Shown here piece by piece: positions 1 to 11,800 of a stretch of DNA of 41,085 nt. How positions within the stretch are numbered: position 1 is the stretch's first letter; each line of letters opens with the position of its first letter. The notes under the pieces are model-generated. The model saw nothing but the letters and a program-made list of their open reading frames with translations. It ran no database searches and was not told the DNA's origin. The DNA is from an uncultured bacterium (GTDB taxonomy: Bacteria > Fidelibacterota > Marinisomatia > Marinisomatales > Marinisomataceae), in NCBI GenBank assembly GCA_964606555.1, contig CAZSGU010000001.1, positions 23,139 through 64,223 on the forward strand, read 5' to 3'. The position numbers were made by a program, and so were the translations under genes.

Positions 1-1942
1 CTAATACTTCTCCTATATGTGGAGTGCTAGTTGATCTAACAGTAAATCCACCAGGGCCTTTCGATGATTCTTCTTGTGAGTAGTATTGTTCACCAGCAGT
101 TGTTAAGACATTGCTAATAATGATTGATGGACTAGTGCTATTAATTTCATCTTTTAACTGTAATGCTTCCGTTTCAATTATTGAAACAATTTCTTGAGTG
201 CTACTTATTGGCGAACCCTCTGGGAGTTCAAATGCAATTGATACTTCTTCTGCCTCTAGTACAGGGAAAAATGTCCATTTTACCCACCCTCCAGCAACGA
301 AGGAAAATGATATAAGCAATAAACCGGTAAATACTGCAATGGCAGTATATCGTTGGTCCATTGCCTTACGAACTAGCGGTATCCAAAAATTATCAACAAA
401 ATGATATAAACGATCTGAACAAAAATTTCTTGCTCGTGATAATAGCTTTCCAAATGTGACAAAATTTGTTTTAAACCAATCGGTAGCATGATTTAAATGT
501 GAAGGCAAAATCGTAGTTGATTCAATTAAAGACATTGCTAAAATAGGAATCGCGGTTAATGGAAATACTCTCCATATTTCTCCTGTTTCTCCAGCCAAGT
601 TCATCATAGGGGCAAAAACAGCAATTGTTGTTAAAACTCCAAAAAATACTGGTATTAAAACTTCCATAGTACCATTGATAGTAGAGGTATAGTTATCTTC
701 ATTAAATTTTATTCGTCGCCTAAAAACATTTTCACCAACAATAATCGCATCATCCACTACAATTCCTAAAACAACAATAAACATAAAGGCTGATAAGACA
801 TTTACAGTTACACCAATTTGAGGAAGTATAAGTAATGCACCACCAAATGAAATTGGTATTCCCATAGCAACCCAAAATGCCAGAGAAGGTTTTAAAAACA
901 TAGTTAATAATATGAGCACTAAAGTGATTCCAATTGCAAAATTTCGATATAATAGATTAATACGATCTTGTAAATAGCGTGCTTGATCATAAAAATAATC
1001 GATTTCAATACCTGCTGGCATATTTACTTTTTTATTGTTTACATACGTTCTTAGTTCTTCTGCAGCTTTTAATACATCCTGATCTCCTACCAGATTGATT
1101 CCAACAAACATTGCTGGTATTCCATTCCAACGATAAGATTTATCTACTTCTACAAAATCATCTTTAATGGTTGCAATATCTTTAAGCAAAAGTTGGCTTC
1201 CATTGGGTTGACTTCTGATAACAATCTTTTCATATTCTTTTGCATTATAAGATTGTCCTACAGTTCTGATTAGTAACTCTTCCTTAGATGTAGAGAGAAT
1301 TCCTCCTGGTAAATCGATAGAACCAGTGTTAATCGCAAGTGCAATTTGATCAAAATTAAGATTATATTTTTCAAGATTATTTTCAGAAACTTCAATTGTT
1401 ATTTCTCTATCTCTGCTGCCAAGAATTTCTGTATAAGAAACTTCATCCAACATTTTAATGTCTTGATCAATTTCTTTAGTGACTTGTAATAACGTACTTT
1501 CGTCTACGTTACCATAAATCACTACATCCAATACTTTCTCCTCCATTTCCATTTCTTTGATAATAGGTTTTTCACTATTCACTGGTAGGTTGTCCATGCT
1601 ATTTACTACTGTCTTTACTTCATCTAAAATTTTATCGAATTCTGAAGTGGAGTGAATCCTAATAGCAACCCTTCCCGAATTTTCTGTTGAATAAGAAATA
1701 ATTTCTTCTATTCCAGCAATACCTTGAAGTCTATCTTCTATTTTTGAACATATCGAAGATTCAATCTCGCTCGGAGAAGCACCTAAATAAGGAACATTGA
1801 TTGAAATAATATTAATATTTGGTTCAGGAAAAAACTCGGATTTCATATTTTGATAGGATGCAATTCCTCCAACAATTAAAAAAAACATCAATAGATTAGC
1901 AGGAACGCTATTTTTAACAAACCAAGTTACAATACTCTTCAT
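1..1942 (-). CDS. RND efflux transporter permease subunit (AcrB/AcrD/AcrF family), 3' end beyond window edge
   Basis: Not in the ORF track. Manual translation from ATG at 1942 gives MKSIVTWFVKNSVPANLLM...VPYLGASPSEIESSICSKIED, and the TM4 motif IVVLGIVVDDAIIVGEN is in frame near 750. The start overlaps the adaptor stop (TAATG). Confidence 0.93.
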   Translation of the reverse strand, partial: MKSIVTWFVKNSVPANLLMFFLIVGGIASYQNMKSEFFPEPNINIISINVPYLGASPSEIESSICSKIEDRLQGIAGIEEIISYSTENSGRVAIRIHSTSEFDKILDEVKTVVNSMDNLPVNSEKPIIKEMEMEEKVLDVVIYGNVDESTLLQVTKEIDQDIKMLDEVSYTEILGSRDREITIEVSENNLEKYNLNFDQIALAINTGSIDLPGGILSTSKEELLIRTVGQSYNAKEYEKIVIRSQPNGSQLLLKDIATIKDDFVEVDKSYRWNGIPAMFVGINLVGDQDVLKAAEELRTYVNNKKVNMPAGIEIDYFYDQARYLQDRINLLYRNFAIGITLVLILLTMFLKPSLAFWVAMGIPISFGGALLILPQIGVTVNVLSAFMFIVVLGIVVDDAIIVGENVFRRRIKFNEDNYTSTINGTMEVLIPVFFGVLTTIAVFAPMMNLAGETGEIWRVFPLTAIPILAMSLIESTTILPSHLNHATDWFKTNFVTFGKLLSRARNFCSDRLYHFVDNFWIPLVRKAMDQRYTAIAVFTGLLLISFSFVAGGWVKWTFFPVLEAEEVSIAFELPEGSPISSTQEIVSIIETEALQLKDEINSTSPSIIISNVLTTAGEQYYSQEESSKGPGGFTVRSTSTPHIGEVL

Positions 1943-3084
1943 TATCTATATTTTGGATTAACAGGAGTACCATTTGTGGCAATACTTATCTTAGATACAA
2001 TAATTCTCTCACCAATTGATATCCCATCTTTTACTATCATATCATTTTTCAATTTTTTAATGATATTAATTTTTCTTATTTCAATTTTATTATTTTTATC
2101 TACAATTAAGAGTTCATCATTGGCAGTAAATGAAATGTTTGGAATAACAAAGACATCTTCTAAAAATTTTCCATTAATTTTTGCCTCGACAAACAAACCA
2201 ACAGGCAATGTTGTTTGATTTTCTTCTAAGAAATCATTCTTGAAGTTTGCAATTAATTTAATCATTCTGGTTACTGGATCAATAACACCATCAACTCGTT
2301 CAATATTTCCTTTCCAGATTTGTACTTTTCCTTTATAGGGAGCACTAATGGTCACAAGCGATTTTTGATTGTCATTTAATTTTCTTCCATCCATTGGAAT
2401 ATCTAAAAATGCCAAATCACTATCTTTAACAGGTAGTGTGATTTCAATTTGATTAGATGTATAAATTATCCCCAAAGGTTGGCCTGGTAATACGGTTGAT
2501 CCTATATCAATATTAATACTTTGGATACGCCCTGTATAAGGAGCAGTAATATCTGTTTTATCTAGCTTTTTCTTAGCTGATTCTACTTGAGCTTTTGCAA
2601 CGTTCAGCGCTGCATTTGCTTGTTTCAGTTGAGGTTTTTTAAGTGTTAAATCTTTTGCAACTCCCTCACCAAGTTTGTCCCATGTCTGTTCTGCGATTTT
2701 AGCTTCTGCTTCTTGCATGGCAAGTTGCACTTCAGCACTACGTAGTTGAAGTAATGCATTATTGTATTGAAGTTGAAAATCTGTATCATCTATTTTTGCT
2801 AATATTTCTCCTTCTATCACCGAAGAACCTTCTGAAAATTTCTTTGAACGATATATAATTTCTCCCCCAACTTCACTTGTTAAAATAGTCTGAGTAATAG
2901 GCTGAGTTGTTCCCATGGAACTAATTAAAATTTGATGATTTGTTGGTGTGACAATTTCTACTTCAACCTCGATTGGAATACTCTCTTCTACTGGTTGAGG
3001 TTTTATTTGACCAAGCCAATATAACATATAGGCTATTGCCAATGAAAACAGTATAATGATTACAGGTCTGATATATCTTATCAT
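1942..3084 (-). CDS. RND efflux periplasmic adaptor (membrane fusion protein)
   Basis: N-terminal TM segment, lipoyl halves (SEVGGEI...; ITAPYTGRI), coiled-coil hairpin, IDPVTRM motif; lies between the OM factor and the RND permease. Confidence 0.93.
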   Translation of the reverse strand: MIRYIRPVIIILFSLAIAYMLYWLGQIKPQPVEESIPIEVEVEIVTPTNHQILISSMGTTQPITQTILTSEVGGEIIYRSKKFSEGSSVIEGEILAKIDDTDFQLQYNNALLQLRSAEVQLAMQEAEAKIAEQTWDKLGEGVAKDLTLKKPQLKQANAALNVAKAQVESAKKKLDKTDITAPYTGRIQSINIDIGSTVLPGQPLGIIYTSNQIEITLPVKDSDLAFLDIPMDGRKLNDNQKSLVTISAPYKGKVQIWKGNIERVDGVIDPVTRMIKLIANFKNDFLEENQTTLPVGLFVEAKINGKFLEDVFVIPNISFTANDELLIVDKNNKIEIRKINIIKKLKNDMIVKDGISIGERIIVSKISIATNGTPVNPKYR

Positions 3085-3095
3085 TTTATTTTGCT

Positions 3096-4520
3096 TTATT
3101 CGTAAGCAAATCCTCCTCCAAGAGACAATATTAAGTTTATTCTTTGTTCAATGCGAATTTTTTCTGTAGTAGCTAAAATATTTTTTGTATCAAAAAGCAT
3201 ATTATTTGCATTGATTACATCTTCTGCACTTGCAATTCCTTCATAGAATTCATTTAAAGTTGTGTTATAAATTGATTCTGCAATTTTGACATTTTTGTTA
3301 ACAAGAGCTAGTGAAGAAAGGGCAGTATTATCAAATTGCAAATTAGATTCTACTTCTTTATATGCATTCAGCAAATCATTGATAAATTGAAGCATCGCAA
3401 TTTCTTTTTGGTTTTTAGCGATTCTTTTACTTGCGATTAATTTTCCTGCACTAAATATTGGAGCAAAAATTGTAAGGCCTTGATTCCAAACCTTAAAGTC
3501 TTCTTCTAACAAATCTTCTAAATCATTTGAGGAGCTAGCTGGAGATCCAGAAGTTAAACTAAATGTAGGATACATAGCTCTCATCGCCTGTTTATTTAAA
3601 GCTTTTGCGGCAAGCATATCATATTGGGATGCAATCAAATCAGGCCTTCTTTTTATTATATCTGCTGGCAAAACAATTGGAATGCTTGGAAGATATTCTG
3701 GAAAATCATTGGAAATTACTAATGTCAAATCTGGATATTCTCTAATTAAAACTTTGCCTTGTCTAATCAATCCATTCAAGACACTTGTTTTATTATCTAA
3801 ATCACTTTGTGCATTATTAAGTATCATTTCTGATTGTTGAAAAAAATTACTTTTTATAATTCCTGTTTTATAACGTTCACTATATAAATCGTGAATAATT
3901 TTTGCATTATTATATTTTTGTTTTGCATTCTCTACTAATTGTTTGGATTCGATAATAGAGAAATATAATTTTGTTGCTTCAGCGGTAAGAGAAAATTGAA
4001 TATAAGTATAGTTATATTTGCTAGATAAATATTGTCTTTTACCAGCTAGTCTTCCTTGTCTTAATTTCCCCCATAAATCTATTTCCCATTGAGCATTCAA
4101 AGATATATTATAGTTTTCTTGAGTAAATGTTGTGATTTCATCATTGTTACCAAAAAAACTAGTAAAAATAGGTGGAAACCCTGCAGTATTTTGTTCCGCC
4201 TCAGTTCCACTAGCAGCAATTGCTACAGATGGCGCTAAATTGGAAGTAGATAATACAGCTCTTTGTTTTGCAATACGAGTATTGATCATCGCCTGTTCTA
4301 AATTTATATTTTCTTCTAAAAATATTGATAAAAATTGATTCAAATTTTCATCTTGGAATTCATTCCACCAAATTTCTGATACATTTAATTGTACTGGCAA
4401 ATCTGATTGCCATTGATTTGGGATTTGTTCAGAAATGATTGAATCTGGTTCGATTGCCTTTTGGCTAGCACATCCTGTCACTAAAATAAGACATAGTGAT
4501 TGAATAATATTTTTTATCAT
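3096..4520 (-). CDS. TolC/OprM-NodT family outer-membrane efflux lipoprotein
   Basis: Lipobox LVTGC; motifs WWNEFQD, WEIDLWGKLR, LPADIIKRRPDL and a terminal SLGGG. Confidence 0.92.
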   Translation of the reverse strand: MIKNIIQSLCLILVTGCASQKAIEPDSIISEQIPNQWQSDLPVQLNVSEIWWNEFQDENLNQFLSIFLEENINLEQAMINTRIAKQRAVLSTSNLAPSVAIAASGTEAEQNTAGFPPIFTSFFGNNDEITTFTQENYNISLNAQWEIDLWGKLRQGRLAGKRQYLSSKYNYTYIQFSLTAEATKLYFSIIESKQLVENAKQKYNNAKIIHDLYSERYKTGIIKSNFFQQSEMILNNAQSDLDNKTSVLNGLIRQGKVLIREYPDLTLVISNDFPEYLPSIPIVLPADIIKRRPDLIASQYDMLAAKALNKQAMRAMYPTFSLTSGSPASSSNDLEDLLEEDFKVWNQGLTIFAPIFSAGKLIASKRIAKNQKEIAMLQFINDLLNAYKEVESNLQFDNTALSSLALVNKNVKIAESIYNTTLNEFYEGIASAEDVINANNMLFDTKNILATTEKIRIEQRINLILSLGGGFAYE

Positions 4521-5057
4521 TTATTCATCCATCAAATATTGAGATACTCTAAATAACAATATAAAGCTTATAGACCATGTAATTGCAATAATAACATAAT
4601 TTATGTTTTCTGCTCCAATAGAAACCGCATTAATTTTTTCACCACCTATATACGCTAATGGTGCCAATAATCCATAAAAAGATATCAATGGATATTTTCC
4701 TTTTAAATATCGCATTGCGTAGTTTACTTGCGATGCAAATCCGGCCCACATACATAAAATCCAAATGGGAGCAAGATTAGGAAATTGATTAATAGCGCCA
4801 TTGTATTGCACAATATTATATATTGCAAATCCTGAGTCAACAATTATACCAAGGAATATTGCAAATATAATTAATTGTAATTCTTGATATCGTTTATAGG
4901 CAATAATAGAGAAATGAAAAAAAAGAAATATCAGAGTTATTATTGGAGCCAAAAGTGGCATTTCCAATGATGGGGTTGATGCACAGCAAATCCATACTAT
5001 TGAAAAACCAAAGTAATTTACTACAGCATCCTTATGTTCTAATATGAACTTGATCAT
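4521..5057 (-). CDS. DUF2878 family membrane protein
   Basis: Hydrophobic 178 aa protein with GIIVDS and APIWILCMWAGFA...N and APLAYIGG motifs, typical of DUF2878. Confidence 0.7.
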   Translation of the reverse strand: MIKFILEHKDAVVNYFGFSIVWICCASTPSLEMPLLAPIITLIFLFFHFSIIAYKRYQELQLIIFAIFLGIIVDSGFAIYNIVQYNGAINQFPNLAPIWILCMWAGFASQVNYAMRYLKGKYPLISFYGLLAPLAYIGGEKINAVSIGAENINYVIIAITWSISFILLFRVSQYLMDE

Positions 5058-5085
5058 TGTTTAGTGCACCTAAATTGTAAGAGAG

Positions 5086-5158
<73 letters not shown>

Positions 5159-5183
5159 TCTGAAAAAGTTTAAAAAAGTACAC

Positions 5184-5211
5184 ATTATAAGTTATTTAAA
5201 AAACACATAAA
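5184..5211 (-). promoter_or_regulatory. Putative sigma70 promoter for tRNA-Phe and the efflux operon
   Basis: Minus-strand TTTATG-16-TATAAT about 25 nt upstream of the tRNA. Confidence 0.4.
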
Positions 5212-5229
5212 TATTTATTAGTTTCAGAA

Positions 5230-5829
5230 ATGAAAGAAATTGTTATTGCATCATCTAATCAACACAAAATTTCAGAAATTACTCGAAAGATTCATTCAAA
5301 TTTTGATACAATCTATTCTTTATCAGATTTTCCTAAAATTGGAGAGATAAAAGAAGATGGAAACTCAGTTCGTGAAAATTCGTTTATAAAATCAAGGGTT
5401 ACATTTGATTATACCAATATTCCTTCCCTTGCTGACGATACAGCTTTGGAAGTTGATTATTTAAATGGAGACCCTGGACTTTATACTGCACGATATGCAG
5501 GAGAAAGTGCAACATATGATGATAATATAAATAAACTTTTAAAAGCTATGGATGGAGTTATAACAAAAATGAGAACAGCACGATTCAGAACTGTAGTATC
5601 CTATGTAGATGGTGGCAAAAATGATTTTTTTGTAGAAGGATGTGTAGAAGGATATATTCTGAATGAAAAACAAGGTGAATCTGGTTTTGGATATGATCCT
5701 ATTTTTTTTGTTCCAGAACTAAATATGTCTTTGGCAGAAATGTCTTCTAACATCAAGAATAAGATCAGCCATCGTGGAATTGCAATTGATAAATTCAATA
5801 ATAAGATTAATCAGATATTCAATGTATAG
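5230..5829 (+). CDS. rdgB: Non-canonical purine NTP pyrophosphatase (RdgB/HAM1)
   Basis: ASSNQHK, ADDTALEV..LNGDPGLYTARYAG, GFGYDPIF and ISHRG motifs. Confidence 0.95.
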   Translation: MKEIVIASSNQHKISEITRKIHSNFDTIYSLSDFPKIGEIKEDGNSVRENSFIKSRVTFDYTNIPSLADDTALEVDYLNGDPGLYTARYAGESATYDDNINKLLKAMDGVITKMRTARFRTVVSYVDGGKNDFFVEGCVEGYILNEKQGESGFGYDPIFFVPELNMSLAEMSSNIKNKISHRGIAIDKFNNKINQIFNV

Positions 5830-8800
5830 ACTATTTTTACTATGTTGTGTAATATTTTTTCCAAGCTTATTATTTGGTGCTGATAATCTTATTACTAATC
5901 CTTTTTATAAAACTAAAAAAATTAATTTTTGTTTAAATGATATCTCGAATTATCCGATTGGAATTTTTAATGTCAAGAATTCTTTCACAAAATATCAAGT
6001 TGATTTTAATATAAACTCTAATATTATTTCAATTAGTGAATCTTTTTTAGACAATAAAAATCTATTACCATATACGTCTTCCATAGATGATTATTTTGAT
6101 AGCCTTTATGTGGTGAATCAAAAATATAATCTTAGTAAACCATTTAATTTTTCTCCTTCAGATACAACTCAAGCTAAAGCTGGAAAAGACAAATATGTAG
6201 AAATAGCTGATTTTGATATTGGGAGACTCGGTAGAGCATCATTAAAAGTACAAGGGAATATTAATTTACAAGGGAAATTAGTAAACCAAGATCAAGAATT
6301 GGTTAGATCATCCTATAAAGAAAGAGAACAAACAAATTTCCGTTTTGATCAAAAGCAACAACTTAATGTGCAAGGAAAAATTGGTGATCAAGTAACAATA
6401 TCGCTAGATCAAAATTCTGAAAGAGATTTTGATTGGGAAAATACAGTTCGTATTGATTATCAAGGACAAGAAGATGATATTCTTCAAAAGTTGGAAGCCG
6501 GTAATATTTCTCTATCATTGCCCGCTACTGAATTCGTTACTTTTTCAGGTCAAAACCAAGGATTATTTGGAGTCAAAGCTTTTACAAAGCTTGGTCCAAT
6601 GAGCATTACTAGTATTGCTTCACTAGAACGTACAAAAAAAGAATCCCAAAAATATAAAGGAACATCTGAACTGCAAACAAAACGAATTCAAGATTATGAT
6701 TATAGAAAAAATTTATATTTCTTTATTCATGATTGGTTTCGTAATGGTGCAACAGATATAATACCCGATAATGGTTTCCAATTAGATGTTCCATCTTATT
6801 ATCCGCTTAGTAATGGATTACATCCTATTGGTAATCTAGTGGTAAGAAATTTCGAACTATATAAAATCGATGCATCTAATAATCCTGCAGCAGATCCAGG
6901 TATAGCATATATTGATCCTAATGATACTGATTATTATAGCGATAGTAGTAAAGAAGGTGCCTTTATTCGACTGGAAAGAGGGACTGATTATCGTATTAAT
7001 GAAGATTTAGGATTCATAAGAATGCAGAGTAGTTTACAGAACGAAATTATTGGTGCACGATTTGATTTAACAGATCGATCGACTGGTAATGTAGTTTTAA
7101 GTGTAGGTTCTGATGTTGGAGAAAATGGAAATGATGGTTTAATACTAAAAATGATTAAACCACAATCATCCCATCCAAATCATCCAACATGGGATCTAAT
7201 GTTTAAAAATGTTTATTCATTAGGAGGGATTAATATTGATCAAACCAATCTTAGTGTTAGAATTGTTGATAATTTTTCCACTCCAGTTAGTGATAGATCA
7301 AATAATGGAGAAACATTTATAAATTTATTTGGTTTAGATAGTTTAAGTCAAAATGGTAGTTCTTCCCCTGATGAAATTATCGATTTAAGTAATCCTAATA
7401 TTGTCAATCTTGTATCTGGCGAGATTCATTTTCCAGCTCTTTTACCATTTGTTTCAGAAGAAACGATTGTTGGAGGGAATGCTAATGATAACCTTAATTC
7501 TCTGTTGCAAGAAGGGAAAATGTATACAACAACTAATCGTACAGAATATACTGGAGATTCACGATTTACAATCGAAGCTAATTATACCAGTCCAAAATCT
7601 TCTATTAATTTAGGATTTACTTTGGTTGAAGGAAGTGAAGAAATTTATTTCAATAATGAAAAATTAGAAAGAGGATCTGACTATCAGATTGATTATTTCT
7701 CAGGAACAATTGTATTAAATAATAATATTGACCCTAATGGTAATATAGAAATTGTTTATGATAAACATGATTTGGTAACCTTTGATAGAAAAATAATGGT
7801 TGGATCTAGGGCACAAGTTGATTTTGACGAAAATTCATTTTTAGGTATGACAGCCCTTTACTATAACCAAGATATTGTTAATAAAAAAGTAGAAGTAGGA
7901 TATGAACCAATTCAAAATTTTATATGGGATATTAATGGACGTTATGAAAGAGATTTAGAAAATTTATCTGCATCATTAAATAAATTAAATATGTTTGATG
8001 CTGAAAAATTGTCAAGATTTAAACTAGAAGGAGAAATAGCACAAGTATTACCTAATCCAAATTCAATTTCAAATTCTTCAACCGGTGATGGAGATGGTGT
8101 AGCATATATTGATGATTTTGAAGGGTCAAAACGTATTACAAATCCATCAATTTTAAGAAGATTTTGGCATATATCTTCTGCTCCAATCAATATTGATACT
8201 AATCAGTCATTTAATCAACGAGATCGATTAAGAATGCATTGGTATAATCCATTCTCACAGGTTCTTACAAATAATATTTGGCCGAACGTATCTACTTCAC
8301 AAAGAGCACAAAATCTAACAACTGATATATTAGTACTCAATTTTGAACCACAAGAATATCAAACAATTACTAATCCAGATTCATTATGGGCAGGAATTAC
8401 TGCACCAATGTTTATTGGTGAATATGACCAGACTAGAACAAAATTTTTTGAAATTTGGTTACGTGGTGATTCAGGGAAATTAACAATTGATTTAGGAAAA
8501 ATTAGTGAAGATTATGACGGTAATGGTATTTTGAATAACGAAGATATTCCAGATGCAGGTTTGGCACTTGGAAATGGATTTTTGGAAGACAATGAAGACA
8601 CAGGGCTAGATGGATGTTTTGATGCATTTGAAGATGGATGGGGAAGTTGTTTAGATAGTAGTGGATCTAATTATCAAGATTATTTATCCGCAGGAGAATC
8701 GGTTCTTATTAATGCTTCTTCAGATATCGATCCAAATGATCCTAATGCTGATAATTGGAATTATGTTGAGGGAAGTTCAGAATATGAATTTGTTAATGGT

Positions 8801-11800
8801 ACAGAAGGAAATGGTACTGGAGATAGAATTCAACCAGGTGGTAAATATCCTGATAGTGAAGACTTAGATCAGTCAGGATTTCTAGATAGAACAAATGATT
8901 ATTTTACTAAAACAATTTCATTGAATGATACCACCTATGTTGCTGGTTCAACAGTTATCGATGATGTTCCAACAGGTTGGAAGCTTGTTAGAATCCCAAT
9001 AAGTCATTTTTCAAAAATACAAGATATCACTTTAAGTGAAATAAGATATATACGACTCGTCGTATCCGGTGTTAATCAATCATCCACTTTGGAAATAGCA
9101 AAAATGGAACTGGTTGGGAATGCTTGGGAAGAACTGGGTACTTCATTGGTATCAGAAAATGAATATACTATTCAAGATAGTACTTTTCTAGTGACGGTTG
9201 TTAATGATGAAGATAACCCTGATTATATCCCTCCAAAGGGAGTTTATGGAGAGTATGATGAGATTAATCAGATTAGGTCAAAAGAACAATCTCTTGTTTT
9301 AAGGTTTGATAATATGAATCCAAATATTAAAGGGGGTGCAAAAAAAATACTTTCTTCTATGGATGCCAAGAAAGGACAAAGTTTTTTGATTTATGACAAA
9401 ATGAAGATGTATGTTTATGGTAATAGTTCTGATATTGGAGAAAATGAATCTGATGTTGATTTATTTATAGAATTTGGTAATGGAGAAGAATATTACAGAT
9501 TAAGTCAACCAATCTATGATGGATGGGATGAAGATGAAAATCGAAATTCAATTGATTTAAATTTGGACTGGCTTACTGAATTAAAAAATGTTGATTCTAC
9601 TTCTATTGAAAAATTAAATGATAATGATACATTTGTTGATTCTACCGATTATAAAGGATATTCATTTATTAATGATAATGATCAAGAATATAAAAAAGTA
9701 GAAATTATAGGAAATCCTTCTTTATCTAGGCTGCAATATTTTGTTGTAGGCGTTGAAAATAATTCGAACCATCCTATTAGCGGTGAATTATGGCTAGATG
9801 AATTAAGGCTGAGTGGAGTTAAGAAGGAAAAAGGAACAGCTGTAAGATTAAAATCAGAGTTTAACTTATCTGATCTTAATCAAAGTTCATTTTCTTATGT
9901 AAGAAAAGATGCCGACTTCCATATATTGCAAGAAAGGCTTGGAACAAATATTACTACTGAAAGCTTTGTTTTCACAAATCAAATGCAATTAGGAAAACTT
10001 TTTCCTCAAGATATGGGCATTACATTTCCATTAAATATGACATATAATATGCAAAATAATACTCCTAAATTTTTACCAGGGACAGATATAAGAACTAGTG
10101 ATAGTGCCCCAGATTCGGTTATTACTCAATCTTCCACAATTAGTTTAAATGGTAAAATTTCAAAGAGAATTAAATCAGAAAATCCTTTTATTAGGTATAC
10201 AATAGACAATTTAAGTACCTCTTTTAATATTTCTACACAGAATCGATCTGATGAGATTATGAAAAGTGTTGATACTGATAGATTTACATCTAGTGTAGAT
10301 TACAATTTAAAATTTCCAAGCGATAATTACATTCAAGCATTTAAATGGTTGAAAAAAGTTCCAATTGTTGGAGAAAATATGAGTGAAACAAAGTTTTTTT
10401 ATACTCCTAGTTCTTTTAGTACAGGTATAAAATTAAATCAGAACTTAGTAGAAAAACAATCACGAGCTACAGATGAAATAGTCGATGATTTTAATCTAGG
10501 ATTGAACAGAACTTTTGCTTTGAGTTATAAAGTTTTTGATAATTTCCAATTTAATTATAATAGAAATGTACAAACTGATATGGCAGAATATCGAGCCAAA
10601 ATTTTTGAAGCATTAAAAGAATTAAAAATAGGTGATACTACAAGAAATACTGAATCATTTGCTTCAAATTTTTCTCCAAAATGGTTTTCTTGGTTTCAAC
10701 CAAATTTTGTATACAATACAAATTATTCATGGAATAAACCAAGATCTAGCGTTATAGATGGAGCAAATATTGTTTCTGTAAGAAATAATGGGGTTAATTT
10801 TAGTCTTTCTGCTACTGAAATTCTTGAATTATTTTATACTCCTGCTTCAAAAAGAAATGTTCCCGCTCCAAGAACAAGATCGCGAGAAGATCTTGGTGCC
10901 GTTTCATTAGAAAACGATGAAAACGAATCCGAAATAATTGAAGATTCGACTAATAACAAAAAACCTAAAAACAAAAAGGAAAGAAAAATCAACAATAGTC
11001 TTGCAATGGAACGAATATATGGATGGTCAAAAAAAATAGAACCCTTGTCTATTAGCATAAATAACACTACTAATTTGACTTCTAATGCTATTCAAGGCAA
11101 GGTGCCATTAAAATACAGATTTGGTTTGTCTGACACACATGGCCTAGATCATGCATCAGAAGTTGGTTTAAATACTGGTGTTGATGATATCAAAAAATCA
11201 TTATCTATCAGAAGTGGAATCAAATTTGATTCAAATACTTCAATGAATATATCTTTTTCTGAAAGTATATCATCTAATTTAAATGGTTATGGTATTGATA
11301 TTCGTTCAATTAATAGAGACTATTTTGCTTATGGAGAACATCTTTCTGATGGTTTACCATTTTCAAACTGGTCTTTCAGAATTGGAGGTCTTGAAAAGAT
11401 AAAATTTATTAGTCCTTATGTGAATTCATTATCAATTGAACATGCATTCAATGGGAAACAAAATGTTTCATGGAAATTTAATGAAACTGGAATTGGTGCT
11501 ATTGATTTATTGCAAATATCATCTTTTGTTAGCGATAATGATGATTATACTCAATTTTCTAGGGTATCAAGAAATTTTACTCCTTTAATCGGAATTACAA
11601 CTTCTTTTAAAAATGGGATATCTACTAATATTAGAACAAATATAACCCATACACTTGATGAAGTTCCTAACGGATTAACTTATATATCAGAAAACAGTGT
11701 ACTTGCAAGCCTAACATATAATTTTACAAAAGGTATTCGCGTACCTCTCCCATTTACTGAACGTAATATTTATTTAAAAAACAATATTAATCTTACTTTA

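Noticed and set aside
10393-10850. Similar segments FFYTPSS and LFYTPAS within sprA
   Set aside because: Too short to support an internal repeat.
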